Shown here piece by piece: positions 16,119-25,519 of a DNA stretch of 64,000 bases. Origin of the DNA: Candidatus Calypsonella navitae (GTDB taxonomy: Archaea > Thermoproteota > Thermoprotei_A > Sulfolobales > Acidilobaceae). The notes under the pieces were generated by a model. That model was not told the origin of the DNA and ran no database searches. It worked only from the letters and a program-made list of their open reading frames with translations. Within the stretch, counting starts at the first letter, position 1; the number at the start of each line of letters is the position of its first letter. The stretch is taken from the NCBI GenBank assembly GCA_035175045.1, contig WWDU01000026.1, positions 61,793 to 125,792 of the forward strand, in the 5' to 3' direction. Position numbers and translations under genes: made by a program.

Positions 16119-18110
16119 CTAGAGTGCCTCCTCCACGTTAGATACCTCAACGATCTTGCCGTAGCCTACCACCAATATTTTGCTCGGCTGCAGGGCCTCC
16201 ACAACCTCTCGGCGGTGTGTGGCGGCTACCACGGTCATGCCATGCTCCCTCGCGATCCTAGCTATCCTGCCCGCGACCCACCTGGCGGTTGTGGGGTCTA
16301 GGTGGGCCATGAACTCGTCTATAACTAGGATGTTAGGCTTGCTGGCTAGGAGCGCAGCTATCTTCGCCCTCTCCCTTTGGCCCGTGCTCAGCTCCCAGAA
16401 CCTGGCTCTGTAGAGGACTGCGTCGCTTATCCCGCTGATGCTGAGGACTTCTAGGGCCTCCTGGACGTTGCCGGTTATCCTGGTTATCTCCTCTAGGAGG
16501 CTTCCGCCCCCGAACTCCGGCTCTATCTCGCCCGGTATGAGCGCTGCCAGCCTTGGGTTAGGCGGGGCCTCTACCTCGCCGGAGTCAGGCCTGTACTCGG
16601 GCCTCGACGAGTACGCCTTGTCGAGGGCCCCTATCACGAGCCTGAGTAGGGTAGTCTTACCGGCGCCGCTGGCGCCCACGACCGCTACGATATCGCCTGG
16701 CTCTATGGTTATGTTTGCCTCGTCTATGACCCTTCTCTCGACGACCCTGCGCTCAACCCCAAAGGCCCTGAGGGCCTCCGCCACCTCCGCTGGGAGGCCC
16801 TCGAGGCTCAACTCACTCGAGTAGCCCTTGCTCACATCCCTGAACCTTATAGGCGCGGAGAGGGGGGGCGCGGGCTTGTAGCGGGGCCTGTAGAGGATCC
16901 CCCCGTGCCTCGAGGCCACGGGGTCCTTGGCTAGGAACTCCTCGAGCCTCCTCCTGGCCTCCTCGCTGAGCGGGTACATGAGCACGGGGCGCCCGCTGGC
17001 GGTGTCCCAGACGTAGCGGAACCCAGCCCTCTCGAAGAAGGGGTTGTACCTGGCCATGGCCGCTATAGTCTCTACTATATGCTTCCTCCTCCTCATCTCT
17101 GGCACCCTCCTCCCCCGTATCCAGTCGAGCGCCGCCCTGACCGCGAGCACCCCTATTCCTCCCCCGCGGAAGTCCGGGTGGACAACGACCCTGGCTATCC
17201 TAGCGGCGGCAGTGTTCGCCCTGGCGAGGGCCTCTTCGGCAATCCTGGAGCCGACTATGGCCCTGGCAAGCCTCCTCCCGTAGATCGGGGCTAGTTCCCG
17301 GTACATGCATAGTATCTTCCTCCTCTCCGGGGGCTTTATTGGCCAGAAGGTCGGGTGGAACCAGTCGGGGGGGAACACCTTCTCCCTGATCAGCTTCTCG
17401 ACCCTGAAGCCCCCATCGGGCGTGGGGATCCTCCTATGCATTAGGGGTATCGGAGTGTCGACCCTCACGTAGCCTATGATCCTCGGCTCATAGGGCTTCC
17501 TCGTGAGCAGCTCTAGTACTAGGAACCTGCTGCTCGGCAGGCTCCCCCGGATCTCCTGTAGTATCATGCGGGCCCCGCACTTCGGGCATTTCGGCCTCGT
17601 GTTGGCTTCTACTACTGTGCCGCAGCGGGGGCACTTCCAGATCGCTACTAGCTCCTCCTTGCTCGCGTAGTGGTACTGCTCGAGCCCGGCGACGGCCTCG
17701 TAGTCGGACTCGCTTGAGGCCTCCCTGGCCATCACTACTCCATGGTAGTATGGCTTCTTGACCTCGTAGAGCCTACACCAGGGCGGCCAGACAAGCACGG
17801 GGCCCTCGCTCGTGAGGCGCGTTAGCGTGTACTCGCCGGGCTCGAGTATCCTGAGGCCCCCGGCGAAGTCGTGGGGCTCTCCTGTGGAGGCGAGTACCAC
17901 CTGCTCGCCCGGCCGGAGCCACTGGGCTATGGAGCCCGTCATGAGGAGGGCCACTCGCCCGATGCCCTCTGCCCTGACGAGTACGGAGCCGTACCAGCGG
18001 TACCCGGTCGAGGGCCTTATGACGCCCTCAACCCTAGCCTTTACCTCCAGCGAGGCCTCAGGCTGGGGACTGCAAGAGTCACCCGCCCCGGGCGTCACTG
18101 CCACCCTCAA
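16119..18110 (-). CDS. Fusion protein: N-terminal unknown domain + C4 zinc ribbon + GNAT acetyltransferase + single ABC-type ATPase domain (COG2401-like)
   Basis: CPRCG-x11-CPKCG (aa 160-179). GNAT motif A VVVHPDFRGGGIGVLAV (aa ~308-325). Walker A GASGAGKTT, signature LSTGQRER, Walker B ILVIDEF, H-loop ATHRRE. No permease or binding-protein gene nearby. Confidence 0.75.
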   Translation of the reverse strand: MRVAVTPGAGDSCSPQPEASLEVKARVEGVIRPSTGYRWYGSVLVRAEGIGRVALLMTGSIAQWLRPGEQVVLASTGEPHDFAGGLRILEPGEYTLTRLTSEGPVLVWPPWCRLYEVKKPYYHGVVMAREASSESDYEAVAGLEQYHYASKEELVAIWKCPRCGTVVEANTRPKCPKCGARMILQEIRGSLPSSRFLVLELLTRKPYEPRIIGYVRVDTPIPLMHRRIPTPDGGFRVEKLIREKVFPPDWFHPTFWPIKPPERRKILCMYRELAPIYGRRLARAIVGSRIAEEALARANTAAARIARVVVHPDFRGGGIGVLAVRAALDWIRGRRVPEMRRRKHIVETIAAMARYNPFFERAGFRYVWDTASGRPVLMYPLSEEARRRLEEFLAKDPVASRHGGILYRPRYKPAPPLSAPIRFRDVSKGYSSELSLEGLPAEVAEALRAFGVERRVVERRVIDEANITIEPGDIVAVVGASGAGKTTLLRLVIGALDKAYSSRPEYRPDSGEVEAPPNPRLAALIPGEIEPEFGGGSLLEEITRITGNVQEALEVLSISGISDAVLYRARFWELSTGQRERAKIAALLASKPNILVIDEFMAHLDPTTARWVAGRIARIAREHGMTVVAATHRREVVEALQPSKILVVGYGKIVEVSNVEEAL

Positions 18111-18184
18111 GCGCCTCCTGCCACGCCGGACTATGCGGGCCCAGTTAATAACCCGGGGAGCAGTGGGAGCCCGGTGGCCCGGTA

Positions 18185-19099
18185 TTGGCTGGTAGAATCC
18201 CCCGGTTCCTTGATGGCCTCGTAGCAGCGATGGTGACGCCCTACGAGTCCCGCGGGGGCCCCATAGACTACGGCGCCGCGGCCCAGCTGGCCTCCTGGCT
18301 AGTCGATGGTGGAGTAGATGCCGTGCTAGTAGGCGGCTCCACCGGCGAGCTCTCGCTAATAGGGCCCCAGGAGGAGGCTAGGCTTGTTGCAAAAGTGGCC
18401 GAGGCTGTCGGCGGCAGGGCTAGCGTTCTAGCTGGGGTGCCTCCTGCGCCCCTGGAGGTAGCCATTGATTGGGGGAGGCTTGTGGTGGATTCAGGGGCCG
18501 AGGCAGTCCTCGTGCCTCCCCCACACTACCTCGAGGCCTCCCCCGAGGGCCTCGTTGAATACTATACGAGCCTAGCCGCTAGGCTCGAGGTGCCTCTCAT
18601 ACTCTATCATGTACCGCTACATGCGGGCTCCACCGTGCCCGCTGAGGCAGCCGCTAGGATAGCGGGGGAGAGCAGCAACGTGGTCGCCGTGAAGGCTACT
18701 ACCCGGGATCCCACGTATGTAGCGGATGTCCTGAGGGAGAGCGGGGGAAGGCTAAGGGTCCTCGCTGGCCTCGATGAGGCCGTCCTACTAGCACTCGCCT
18801 ATGGGGCTTCAGGCGCAGTAGTCGGGCTAGCCAACGTGGTACCAGCGACCTTCAGGAGACTCCTAGGGGCCTGGGTCCACGGCCAGTACTCCCAGGCACT
18901 CGAGGCACAGGCTGAGGTGGAGCGCGTGCTGTGGGCCATTAGGGCTGGGGCCTCCTATCAGGGGGCAATAAAGGCGGCCCTCTCCATGATGGGGCTGCCG
19001 GTTAAGCCTCATGTGAGGCCCCCACTACCTCCCGAGACCGATGAGACCCTCAAGGCGCTGAGGGAGAGGCTCAGGCTAGCTGGCCTACTAGAAGGGTAA
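18185..19099 (+). CDS. DapA/NAL-family class I aldolase (dihydrodipicolinate synthase / KD(P)G aldolase-like)
   Basis: GGSTGELSL, YHVP and VAVKATT (Schiff-base Lys) motifs. 304 aa. Confidence 0.7.
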   Translation: MAGRIPRFLDGLVAAMVTPYESRGGPIDYGAAAQLASWLVDGGVDAVLVGGSTGELSLIGPQEEARLVAKVAEAVGGRASVLAGVPPAPLEVAIDWGRLVVDSGAEAVLVPPPHYLEASPEGLVEYYTSLAARLEVPLILYHVPLHAGSTVPAEAAARIAGESSNVVAVKATTRDPTYVADVLRESGGRLRVLAGLDEAVLLALAYGASGAVVGLANVVPATFRRLLGAWVHGQYSQALEAQAEVERVLWAIRAGASYQGAIKAALSMMGLPVKPHVRPPLPPETDETLKALRERLRLAGLLEG

Positions 19100-19132
19100 G
19101 AGGGGTAGGCGCGGGCGCGGAGGGATCGGGGC

Positions 19133-20356
19133 TCAGCCTCCAACCTTCTCCTTTATGAGGAGGCCCAGCCTCCTGATGCCCTCCCTTATCTGCTCCTTCG
19201 TTGGGTAGCTGAAGTTCAGCCTCATAGTGTTCTCGCCGCCGCCCTCTGCGAAGAAGCTCGCCCCCGGCACGTATGCTACGCCCCTCTCTATGGCTTCGGG
19301 TAGCATTGCCTTGGTGTCGAGGCCCTCCGGCAGGTAGGCGAATATGAAGAGCCCTCCAACGGGGCGCGTCCACCTGCACGAGTTCGGGAAGTACTCCTCG
19401 AGTGATTCAAGCATTACGTCGCGCTTCTCCTTGTAGATGGTCCTAGCCTTCTCGACGGTCTTGTCGACTAGGCCCTTCCTCATCGCCTCGGCCGCTATGA
19501 ACTGGGATAGTGTGGAGCTGTGCAGGTCCACGCTCTGCTTGGCCAGCTCGAGGGCTGTCACCACCCAGCTCTCGGCTAGGGCCCACCCTATCCTGAGGCC
19601 CGGCGATAGTATCTTGCTCAGGGTACCGAGGTATATGACTCTGCCGCTCTTATCCAGGGTCTTGAGCGGCTCTGCCTCGACGGGCTCGAACGTGAAGAAG
19701 CTGTAGGGGTCGTCCTCCACTACGAGGAGATCATACTCCTCGGCTAGCTCGAGGAGGTGCTTCCTCCTCTCGAGGCTCATCGTGACACCGCTGGGGTTCT
19801 GACTCGTTGGGATAGTGTAGATCAGCTTGAGCCTGCGCCCCTCCCTTCTAGCCTCCTTTATACGCTCCTCGAGGACATCAGTCCTCATGCCCTCGTCGTC
19901 GAGGGGCGCCGACTTGAAGTAGGCTCCATAGTGCCTGAAGGCGTTAAGCGCAGCGAGATACGTTGGCGCCTCGACGAAGACCACGTCCCCGGGATCAACG
20001 AATACCTTCGCGATCAGGTATAACGCTTCCTGGCTGCCTGTCGTAACTATGACGTCATCACCACTATTCACGGTGACGCCGTGGCTCGAGAGGAACTCCT
20101 TGAGGACCCTGCGGAACTCCGTAACACCCAGGGTTGGTGAGTACTGGAGGGCCTGGTTGCCCCTCTCAATTATGACCCGTCTAGCAATCTCCGCGAGCTC
20201 CTCCCGCGGGAACGTTTGGGGGTCCGGTAGCCCTCCAGCGAGGCTTATTATGTCCCGGCCCTCGGTCAGCTTGAGTAGCTCCCTTATCTCGGAGGCCCTC
20301 ATGCTCCTCGCTCGCTCGGCTAGGAACCTCCTTGACCTCTCACCGCCTACCGACAA
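19133..20356 (-). CDS. PLP-dependent aminotransferase, class I/II (LysN/2-aminoadipate or aromatic aminotransferase-like)
   Basis: ISLAGGLPDPQTFP, NPSG and TLSKILSPGLRIGW (PLP Lys) motifs. TTG start with an A/T-rich box (TAAAAATA) 30-38 nt upstream. Confidence 0.8.
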   Translation of the reverse strand: MSVGGERSRRFLAERARSMRASEIRELLKLTEGRDIISLAGGLPDPQTFPREELAEIARRVIIERGNQALQYSPTLGVTEFRRVLKEFLSSHGVTVNSGDDVIVTTGSQEALYLIAKVFVDPGDVVFVEAPTYLAALNAFRHYGAYFKSAPLDDEGMRTDVLEERIKEARREGRRLKLIYTIPTSQNPSGVTMSLERRKHLLELAEEYDLLVVEDDPYSFFTFEPVEAEPLKTLDKSGRVIYLGTLSKILSPGLRIGWALAESWVVTALELAKQSVDLHSSTLSQFIAAEAMRKGLVDKTVEKARTIYKEKRDVMLESLEEYFPNSCRWTRPVGGLFIFAYLPEGLDTKAMLPEAIERGVAYVPGASFFAEGGGENTMRLNFSYPTKEQIREGIRRLGLLIKEKVGG

Positions 20357-20450
20357 GCCTTAGCCCCGGCTCGGCTGGTGGGTGGGAGGTATTTTTAGAT
20401 TGAATTATAGCTAAAGTCACGGGTTCTCCCATATTATTTACTGCTCATGC

Positions 20451-21479
20451 TCACCATAGAGGCTGGCCCACTCCTAGGCTCTCGTCCGTGAGCGCTATGG
20501 TCTCCTTCGCCGTCTGCGCCAGGCCCCCGAGGGCCCTGAGGGCGTCTATGTTCTCCGGTATCACGATGGACTCCTGGTGGACTGCCTGGAAGAGTATCAC
20601 TTCGTTGCCCCTAGCTGTCACGGATTCCTCGAATACGACTAGCTCGGGTATATCGGATCTCTTCCTCAGCTCCCTGGCTGCCTCCATCAGCTCGGCCGTA
20701 CTCTTTATCCCCGTCTCCTCGCTGCTGACCACCATGATCCTGGGAGCCTCCTCCAGCGCGGCTATCACGTCCCTCCTCGTGACGGGGCTGGAGAGGCGGA
20801 GCGTCACGTTATGGACATGCATGAGGGTCGTAGGCACTACAACAGCCGCTGTTACTATGTCAAGTTTTGGCAGCACCGTCCGCACGTCCTCGCCGTGGTG
20901 GCTCGGTAGCTTGGGCGGGTTCAGTACTATAGCGTTTATCGGGCCCCTCTTGATCTCCTTGGGGTCAGCTGCTCTCCTAATTATCACCGCACGCGCCGCG
21001 CTAACCCCGAAGGCCTTGTCGAGTGTGCATATCAGCCTGAGTAGGCCTGTGGTGTTGCAGGAGACCACCCTCACGCTCCTCTTGCCTAGTGCCTCCTCGT
21101 AGTTGCAGAGGGTGCTGAAGCTCACATCCGCGACGTCAGGCTTCTCCCCGCCCTGGAAGATCTGCTTGACGCCGTGCTTCTCGTATAGGGGCTTGTACTT
21201 AGCCCCGGTGCCGCCTGGCGTCGCGTCCACTATGACGTCTATAGAGTCTAGGAGGTCCTCTATCGTGCCCCTCACGTGGATCCCACGCTGCTCGAAGGCC
21301 TCGGCCTCCCTCTCGCTTGGCGTGTATATTGGTATACCCGCGCGGCGTGCTTGGAGGGCGGCGTAGTCTGGAGTCCTCTTAACAACGCCTACGAGGTCCA
21401 TGTCATCCTGCAGCTGGATGGCGTATGCAACCCTTTTACCTATGGTCCCGAACCCGTTAACGCCCACCCTCAGGACCAC
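20451..21479 (-). CDS. gap: Glyceraldehyde-3-phosphate dehydrogenase, archaeal type
   Basis: VGVNGFGTIGKRVA Rossmann N-terminus and VVSCNTTGL catalytic Cys. Trimmed to the GTG at 21479 (MVLRVGVNG...). The ORF track ATG at 21509 would overlap pgk by 53 nt. Confidence 0.9.
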   Translation of the reverse strand: MVLRVGVNGFGTIGKRVAYAIQLQDDMDLVGVVKRTPDYAALQARRAGIPIYTPSEREAEAFEQRGIHVRGTIEDLLDSIDVIVDATPGGTGAKYKPLYEKHGVKQIFQGGEKPDVADVSFSTLCNYEEALGKRSVRVVSCNTTGLLRLICTLDKAFGVSAARAVIIRRAADPKEIKRGPINAIVLNPPKLPSHHGEDVRTVLPKLDIVTAAVVVPTTLMHVHNVTLRLSSPVTRRDVIAALEEAPRIMVVSSEETGIKSTAELMEAARELRKRSDIPELVVFEESVTARGNEVILFQAVHQESIVIPENIDALRALGGLAQTAKETIALTDESLGVGQPLW

Positions 21480-22734
21480 GGCTACCACCCTGGCCCGGGT
21501 GACGGGCATGGATTAAAAGGCTCTTGGCGAGGGCCTCGAGGCCGGGCATCGGTCTGCCGGAGAGCATGTAGACTAGCGCGCCACCCGCCGTGCTTATGTG
21601 GCCCACCCGCGACCTTAGTTCGGCTGGGAGCTCGGAGATTATCACGTTGAAGTGGCCCCCGCCGAATAGGGTGAAGGCCCCCGAGGAGAGTGCCGCCTCG
21701 ACTAACCTTCTGGTGCCCTCCCTGAACCTCGGATCCTCGACGACTCCGGCGGGTCCCTTCATGACTACGAGTCGGGCCTTGGATAGTATGCTTGAGTACT
21801 TCTCCACCGTCTCGGGCCCTATATCCTTGGGGGTACCCTCTATCCTGGTGGCCGGCACGACCTCCACCGAGCCCCTCCTCTCGACCTTGAAGTCCTCGGG
21901 GACCAGGATCCTGTCTGTGTGCGAGAGGAGGCCTCGCGCCCTCTCCAGGAGGACGTGCCCGCCCTTGCTCACGAGCGCCTTCTTGGCCTCGCCCACGTCT
22001 ACCCCCTTGGCCTCGAGGAAAAGGAGTGCCGTGAGCCCTGTCGTGAGTATCCAGTCGGCGCCCCCGGTCTTTACTAGGTTCTCGATTACTGAGAGCATAT
22101 CTTTAAGCTTCGAGCCTCCAAGCACATATACCTTCGGCCTCTCCGGTGAGTCAATGACCCTTGATAGGGCTCGTAGCTCGGCCTCCATGAGCCTCCCAGC
22201 GGCGCTGGGTAGCTTCAGGGGGAAGCCGACTATGCTGGCCTGGCTTCTGTGGGAGGCAGCGAATGCATCGTTGACGTAGCAGTCGAAGAGGGGGTGCAGC
22301 CTTGAGACCATTATGCCCCTCGCGTGTACCTCGGCTGGGGCCTCTATGTAGTCCTCCGAGACTATACGTGTGTTGTCTAGCATGAGAATCCTGCCCGGCT
22401 TGAGGCCCCGGATGCGCCTGAGAGCCTCGGGTCCTATCACGTCGTCGACGTACTCAACATTCAAACCCAGGAGCCTCGAGAGTACCTCGGCATGCCTCTG
22501 GAGGTGCGTGAAGTCGGGCTCTCCAGGCCTGCCCTGGTGGCTCATGATTACCACGGCAGACTGAGCCGCGAGCTCCCGCAGCGTCGCCAGGTGGGCCTTA
22601 AAGCGCGTCACATCAAGTATCTCCCCGGAGGCGGGGTCTATGGGGCTGTTGACGTCTATCCTAACCAGCACCTTCCGGCAGGGGGGTAGGTCCTCCAGGG
22701 TGGGTATGGTCATTCCCCTGACTGTTAACGGCAA
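21457..22734 (-). CDS. pgk: Phosphoglycerate kinase
   Basis: RIDVNSP, SHQGRPG and GGGHF...STAGGA motifs. Overlaps the gap start. Confidence 0.9.
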   Translation of the reverse strand: MPLTVRGMTIPTLEDLPPCRKVLVRIDVNSPIDPASGEILDVTRFKAHLATLRELAAQSAVVIMSHQGRPGEPDFTHLQRHAEVLSRLLGLNVEYVDDVIGPEALRRIRGLKPGRILMLDNTRIVSEDYIEAPAEVHARGIMVSRLHPLFDCYVNDAFAASHRSQASIVGFPLKLPSAAGRLMEAELRALSRVIDSPERPKVYVLGGSKLKDMLSVIENLVKTGGADWILTTGLTALLFLEAKGVDVGEAKKALVSKGGHVLLERARGLLSHTDRILVPEDFKVERRGSVEVVPATRIEGTPKDIGPETVEKYSSILSKARLVVMKGPAGVVEDPRFREGTRRLVEAALSSGAFTLFGGGHFNVIISELPAELRSRVGHISTAGGALVYMLSGRPMPGLEALAKSLLIHARHPGQGGSRGPEGGR

Positions 22735-22809
22735 GGCCTCACCCGCGTCGGGTGTGTCCCTCCTCTATTAAAGGCCTCCACAATCAAACGTCGCCCAAGG
22801 GGCCCCAGC

Positions 22810-23484
22810 GTGGGTAGGATAAGGATCAAGTGGTGCGGCCACTCGTACCTTATAGTCGAGCCTGAGGGAGGCCCGGTAATAGCTTTGGATCCACATGACG
22901 GGGGCAGCATAGGCCTGCCCGAGTGCAGGGTCGAAGCCGACTATACCCTAGTCACCCACCCCCACTACGACCATAACGCCATTGAGATGAGTGGAGGCAA
23001 GGCTATAGTAAAGAAGCATGGATCCTTCAGGCTGGGAGAGGTTAGAGTCGAGGGATACAAGTTCTACCACGACAGGGCCTCGGGTAGGCTGAGGGGCGAC
23101 ACCGCCGCCTACATAATAGACCTCGGCGGGCTCCGCATAGCGCATCTAGGCGATATAGGCCACGTGCCTCCCCCAGGAGCCCTGAAGCCCTTCAGCGGCG
23201 TGGACATCCTAGCCCTGCCGGTCGGAGGCGTCTACACCATAGACGCCATCGAGGCCAAGGCAATAGTCGAGATAACCTCGCCGAAACTCGTGATACCGCT
23301 CCACTTCTGGGTGCCGGGCTCGCTCCTACCCTTAGACCCCCTCAATAGATTCCTAGATATCTCGAAGACCCGGAGGCTAAGGCTCGAGGATGGAGTCCTC
23401 GAGGTGGAGCCGCCCCTAGCGCAGGGGCGGGCCACTGTTGTAGTCTTCGAGAAGACGGCTACTGGCGCGAGAGCCCTCCTCTAG
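22810..23484 (+). CDS. Metallo-beta-lactamase-fold hydrolase
   Basis: IKWCGHSYLIV N-terminus and THPHYDH (HxHxDH) motif. 224 aa, GTG start. Confidence 0.65.
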   Translation: MGRIRIKWCGHSYLIVEPEGGPVIALDPHDGGSIGLPECRVEADYTLVTHPHYDHNAIEMSGGKAIVKKHGSFRLGEVRVEGYKFYHDRASGRLRGDTAAYIIDLGGLRIAHLGDIGHVPPPGALKPFSGVDILALPVGGVYTIDAIEAKAIVEITSPKLVIPLHFWVPGSLLPLDPLNRFLDISKTRRLRLEDGVLEVEPPLAQGRATVVVFEKTATGARALL

Positions 23485-23507
23485 GCGCCGGAGAACCAGG
23501 GGAGTCG

Positions 23508-23597
23508 TGGCGCCGGGGGCGGGATTCGAACCCGCGCCCCCCTTGCGGGGGAACGGGTCTCCAGCCCGTCCCCTTGGGCCGCTCGGGCACCCCGGCG
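23508..23597 (-). tRNA. tRNA-Ser (anticodon GGA), long variable arm; CCA encoded
   Basis: Minus strand: GCCGGGG acceptor, anticodon arm ACGGG-CUGGAGA-CCCGU, variable arm TCCCCCGCAAGGGGGC, T arm GCGGGTTCGAATCCCGC, discriminator G. GCTTAAAC box ~34 nt upstream. Confidence 0.9.
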
Positions 23598-23637
23598 CCC
23601 CTACCAGCGAGGATCGGGCATGCGGGAGTTTAAGCCG

Positions 23638-24009
23638 TTAGCCCCTCCTCCGACTCCTCCCTGAGGCCCTTGAGGGCCTGCCCGTCGTGGTGGCTGGCAG
23701 CTGCTTTATCTCAATATAGACGTTCTCTGGGACCCTTATCCTCATGAGCCTCCTAAGCACGCGCTCGTCGGCGTCGAGGTCTATGAGCCTCTTGTGTATC
23801 CTGAGCTCCCAGTGTTCCCAGTACTTCGAGCCCTCGCCGTGGGGGAGCCTGAAGATTGGCACCTCGAGCCTCCTCGTGGGCAGGGGCACGGGCCCCTTCA
23901 TCCTAACGCCCGTCTTCTCAGCTATCTCCTTGATCTGGCGTACAACTTCCTCCAGGCTCTCGACGCTGGTGCTCCTCAGCCATATCCTGAGCCTGAACAA
24001 GGTCCCCAC
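23638..24009 (-). CDS. rps10: 30S ribosomal protein S10 (uS10) with ~22-aa basic C-terminal extension
   Basis: RLRIWLRS...[40 protein letters not shown] matches archaeal uS10. The GTG at 24009 gives a canonical-length N-terminus. A CCTTTATA box at 24041-24048 lies between it and the upstream ATG at 24051. Confidence 0.85.
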   Translation of the reverse strand: MGTLFRLRIWLRSTSVESLEEVVRQIKEIAEKTGVRMKGPVPLPTRRLEVPIFRLPHGEGSKYWEHWELRIHKRLIDLDADERVLRRLMRIRVPENVYIEIKQLPATTTGRPSRASGRSRRRG

Positions 24010-24114
24010 GCACCCTAGGGGGTGGGCGACTGTTTGAGGGTATAAAGGCATGCGCCCAGCGGGGAGGACTGGATCCCGCAATTAGAGATTAGTAGGGGGC
24101 TCGGGGGAGGATCC

Positions 24115-25428
24115 TTACTTGGTCCTTATCTCCACCTTGGCTGGCTTGACGTCGGTGACTATGCCGATGCCTATGGTCCTGTTCATGTCTCTCATGGCGA
24201 AGCGGCCTAGCTGCGGGAACTCGTTGAACTTCTCGATGACCATCGGCTTTATTGGCTTGAACCTCACTATCGCGACGTCGCCGGGCTTCAGGAAGCTGGG
24301 CTTCTCCTCTATCACCTTGCCGGTCCTGGGGTCTAGCTTGGCGAGTATCTCCACGAGCCTGGCGCTAACGCTGGCGGTGTGGGCGTGTATCACAGGCGTG
24401 TAGCCGGGGGCTATGGCGCTTGGGTGCCAGATAACGAATATCCTGGCGGTGAACTCCTCCGCCACGGTGGGCGGGTTGTCTAGGTGCCCGGCTACGTCGC
24501 CCCTCTTTATCTCCTTGGCGCTTATGCCTCTCACGCTGAAGCCTATGTTGTCGCCGGGCTCGGCCTTCTGGAGGTCCTGGTAGTGCATCTGTATGCTCCT
24601 GACCTCGCCCACGAGGCCTGGGGGCATGAATACTACTCTGTCGCCCACCTTGAGCACGCCTGTCTCAACCCTGCCTACGGGCACTGTGCCAGCTCCGGGT
24701 ATGGAGTAGACGTGCTGTATGGGTATCCTGAGTGGCTTGTCCACGGGCTTCTTGGGTGGCTGGAGCTGGTCGAGGGCCTCGACTAGCGTGGGGCCGTTGT
24801 ACCAGGGCATGTTGGGGCTCCTCTCTATCAGGTTGTCGCCCAGCCAGGCGCTGACGGGTATGAAGGGTATCTTGTCGACCTGATAGCCCAGCCCCTTCAT
24901 GAACTTCTTTAGCACGCTGACTACCTCGTTGTACCTCTTCTCGCTCCACGGGGGCTCGGTGGCGTCCATCTTGTTCACGGCCACCACTATCTGGTCGATG
25001 CCCATGGTCTTGGCTAGGAGTAGGTGCTCCCTGGTCTGGCCCTCGGGGCTCATGCCGGCCTCGAACTCTCCCTTCCTAGCCGAGACAACTAGGATGGCGG
25101 CGTCGGCCTGGCTCGCACCCGTTATCATGTTCTTGACGAAGTCCCTGTGGCCTGGAGCGTCTATTACTGTGAAGACGTACTTCTTGGTCTCGAACTTCAT
25201 GAACGTTAGGTCGATCGTTATGCCCCTGTCCCTCTCCTCCTTCATCCTGTCGAGTATCCAGGCGAACTTGAAGCTGCCCTTACCCTTAGCCTCAGCCATC
25301 TGCTCGAGTTCCTTGAGCTTCTTCTCGTCTATTAGTCCGAGCCTGTAGAGCAGGTGGCCTACGAGGGTGCTCTTACCGTGGTCCACGTGGCCTATGACCA
25401 CTATGTTCAGGTGGGGCTTCTCAGGCAT
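24115..25428 (-). CDS. tuf: Translation elongation factor 1-alpha (aEF-1A)
   Basis: GHVDHGKST, DAPGHRDF, NKMD and the full-length 437-aa pattern. GGAGGTG Shine-Dalgarno 7 nt before the ATG. Confidence 0.97.
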   Translation of the reverse strand: MPEKPHLNIVVIGHVDHGKSTLVGHLLYRLGLIDEKKLKELEQMAEAKGKGSFKFAWILDRMKEERDRGITIDLTFMKFETKKYVFTVIDAPGHRDFVKNMITGASQADAAILVVSARKGEFEAGMSPEGQTREHLLLAKTMGIDQIVVAVNKMDATEPPWSEKRYNEVVSVLKKFMKGLGYQVDKIPFIPVSAWLGDNLIERSPNMPWYNGPTLVEALDQLQPPKKPVDKPLRIPIQHVYSIPGAGTVPVGRVETGVLKVGDRVVFMPPGLVGEVRSIQMHYQDLQKAEPGDNIGFSVRGISAKEIKRGDVAGHLDNPPTVAEEFTARIFVIWHPSAIAPGYTPVIHAHTASVSARLVEILAKLDPRTGKVIEEKPSFLKPGDVAIVRFKPIKPMVIEKFNEFPQLGRFAMRDMNRTIGIGIVTDVKPAKVEIRTK

Positions 25429-25450
25429 GCAATGCCACCTCCGTCAACCG

Positions 25451-25488
25451 TTCAGGCTTAGGCGGGTGGGAGGGTTTATAAGCCTGAA
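25451..25488 (-). promoter_or_regulatory. tuf promoter TATA (CTTATAAAC on minus strand, ~25473-25485) embedded in a perfect 10-bp inverted repeat
   Basis: Arms TTCAGGCTTA (25451-25460) and TAAGCCTGAA (25479-25488) with an 18-nt spacer. Located between the S7 stop (25520) and the tuf ATG (25428). Confidence 0.45.
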
Positions 25489-25519
25489 GGAGAGGCGACC
25501 CACGAGAGTGGGAGGAGGG

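Noticed and set aside
21480-21509. ATG start of gap at 21509
   Set aside because: It would add MPVTRARVVA before the Rossmann-fold N-terminus and overlap pgk by 53 nt. The GTG at 21479 gives the canonical M-V-x-x-V-G-V-N-G-F-G start. The longer form cannot be excluded without data.
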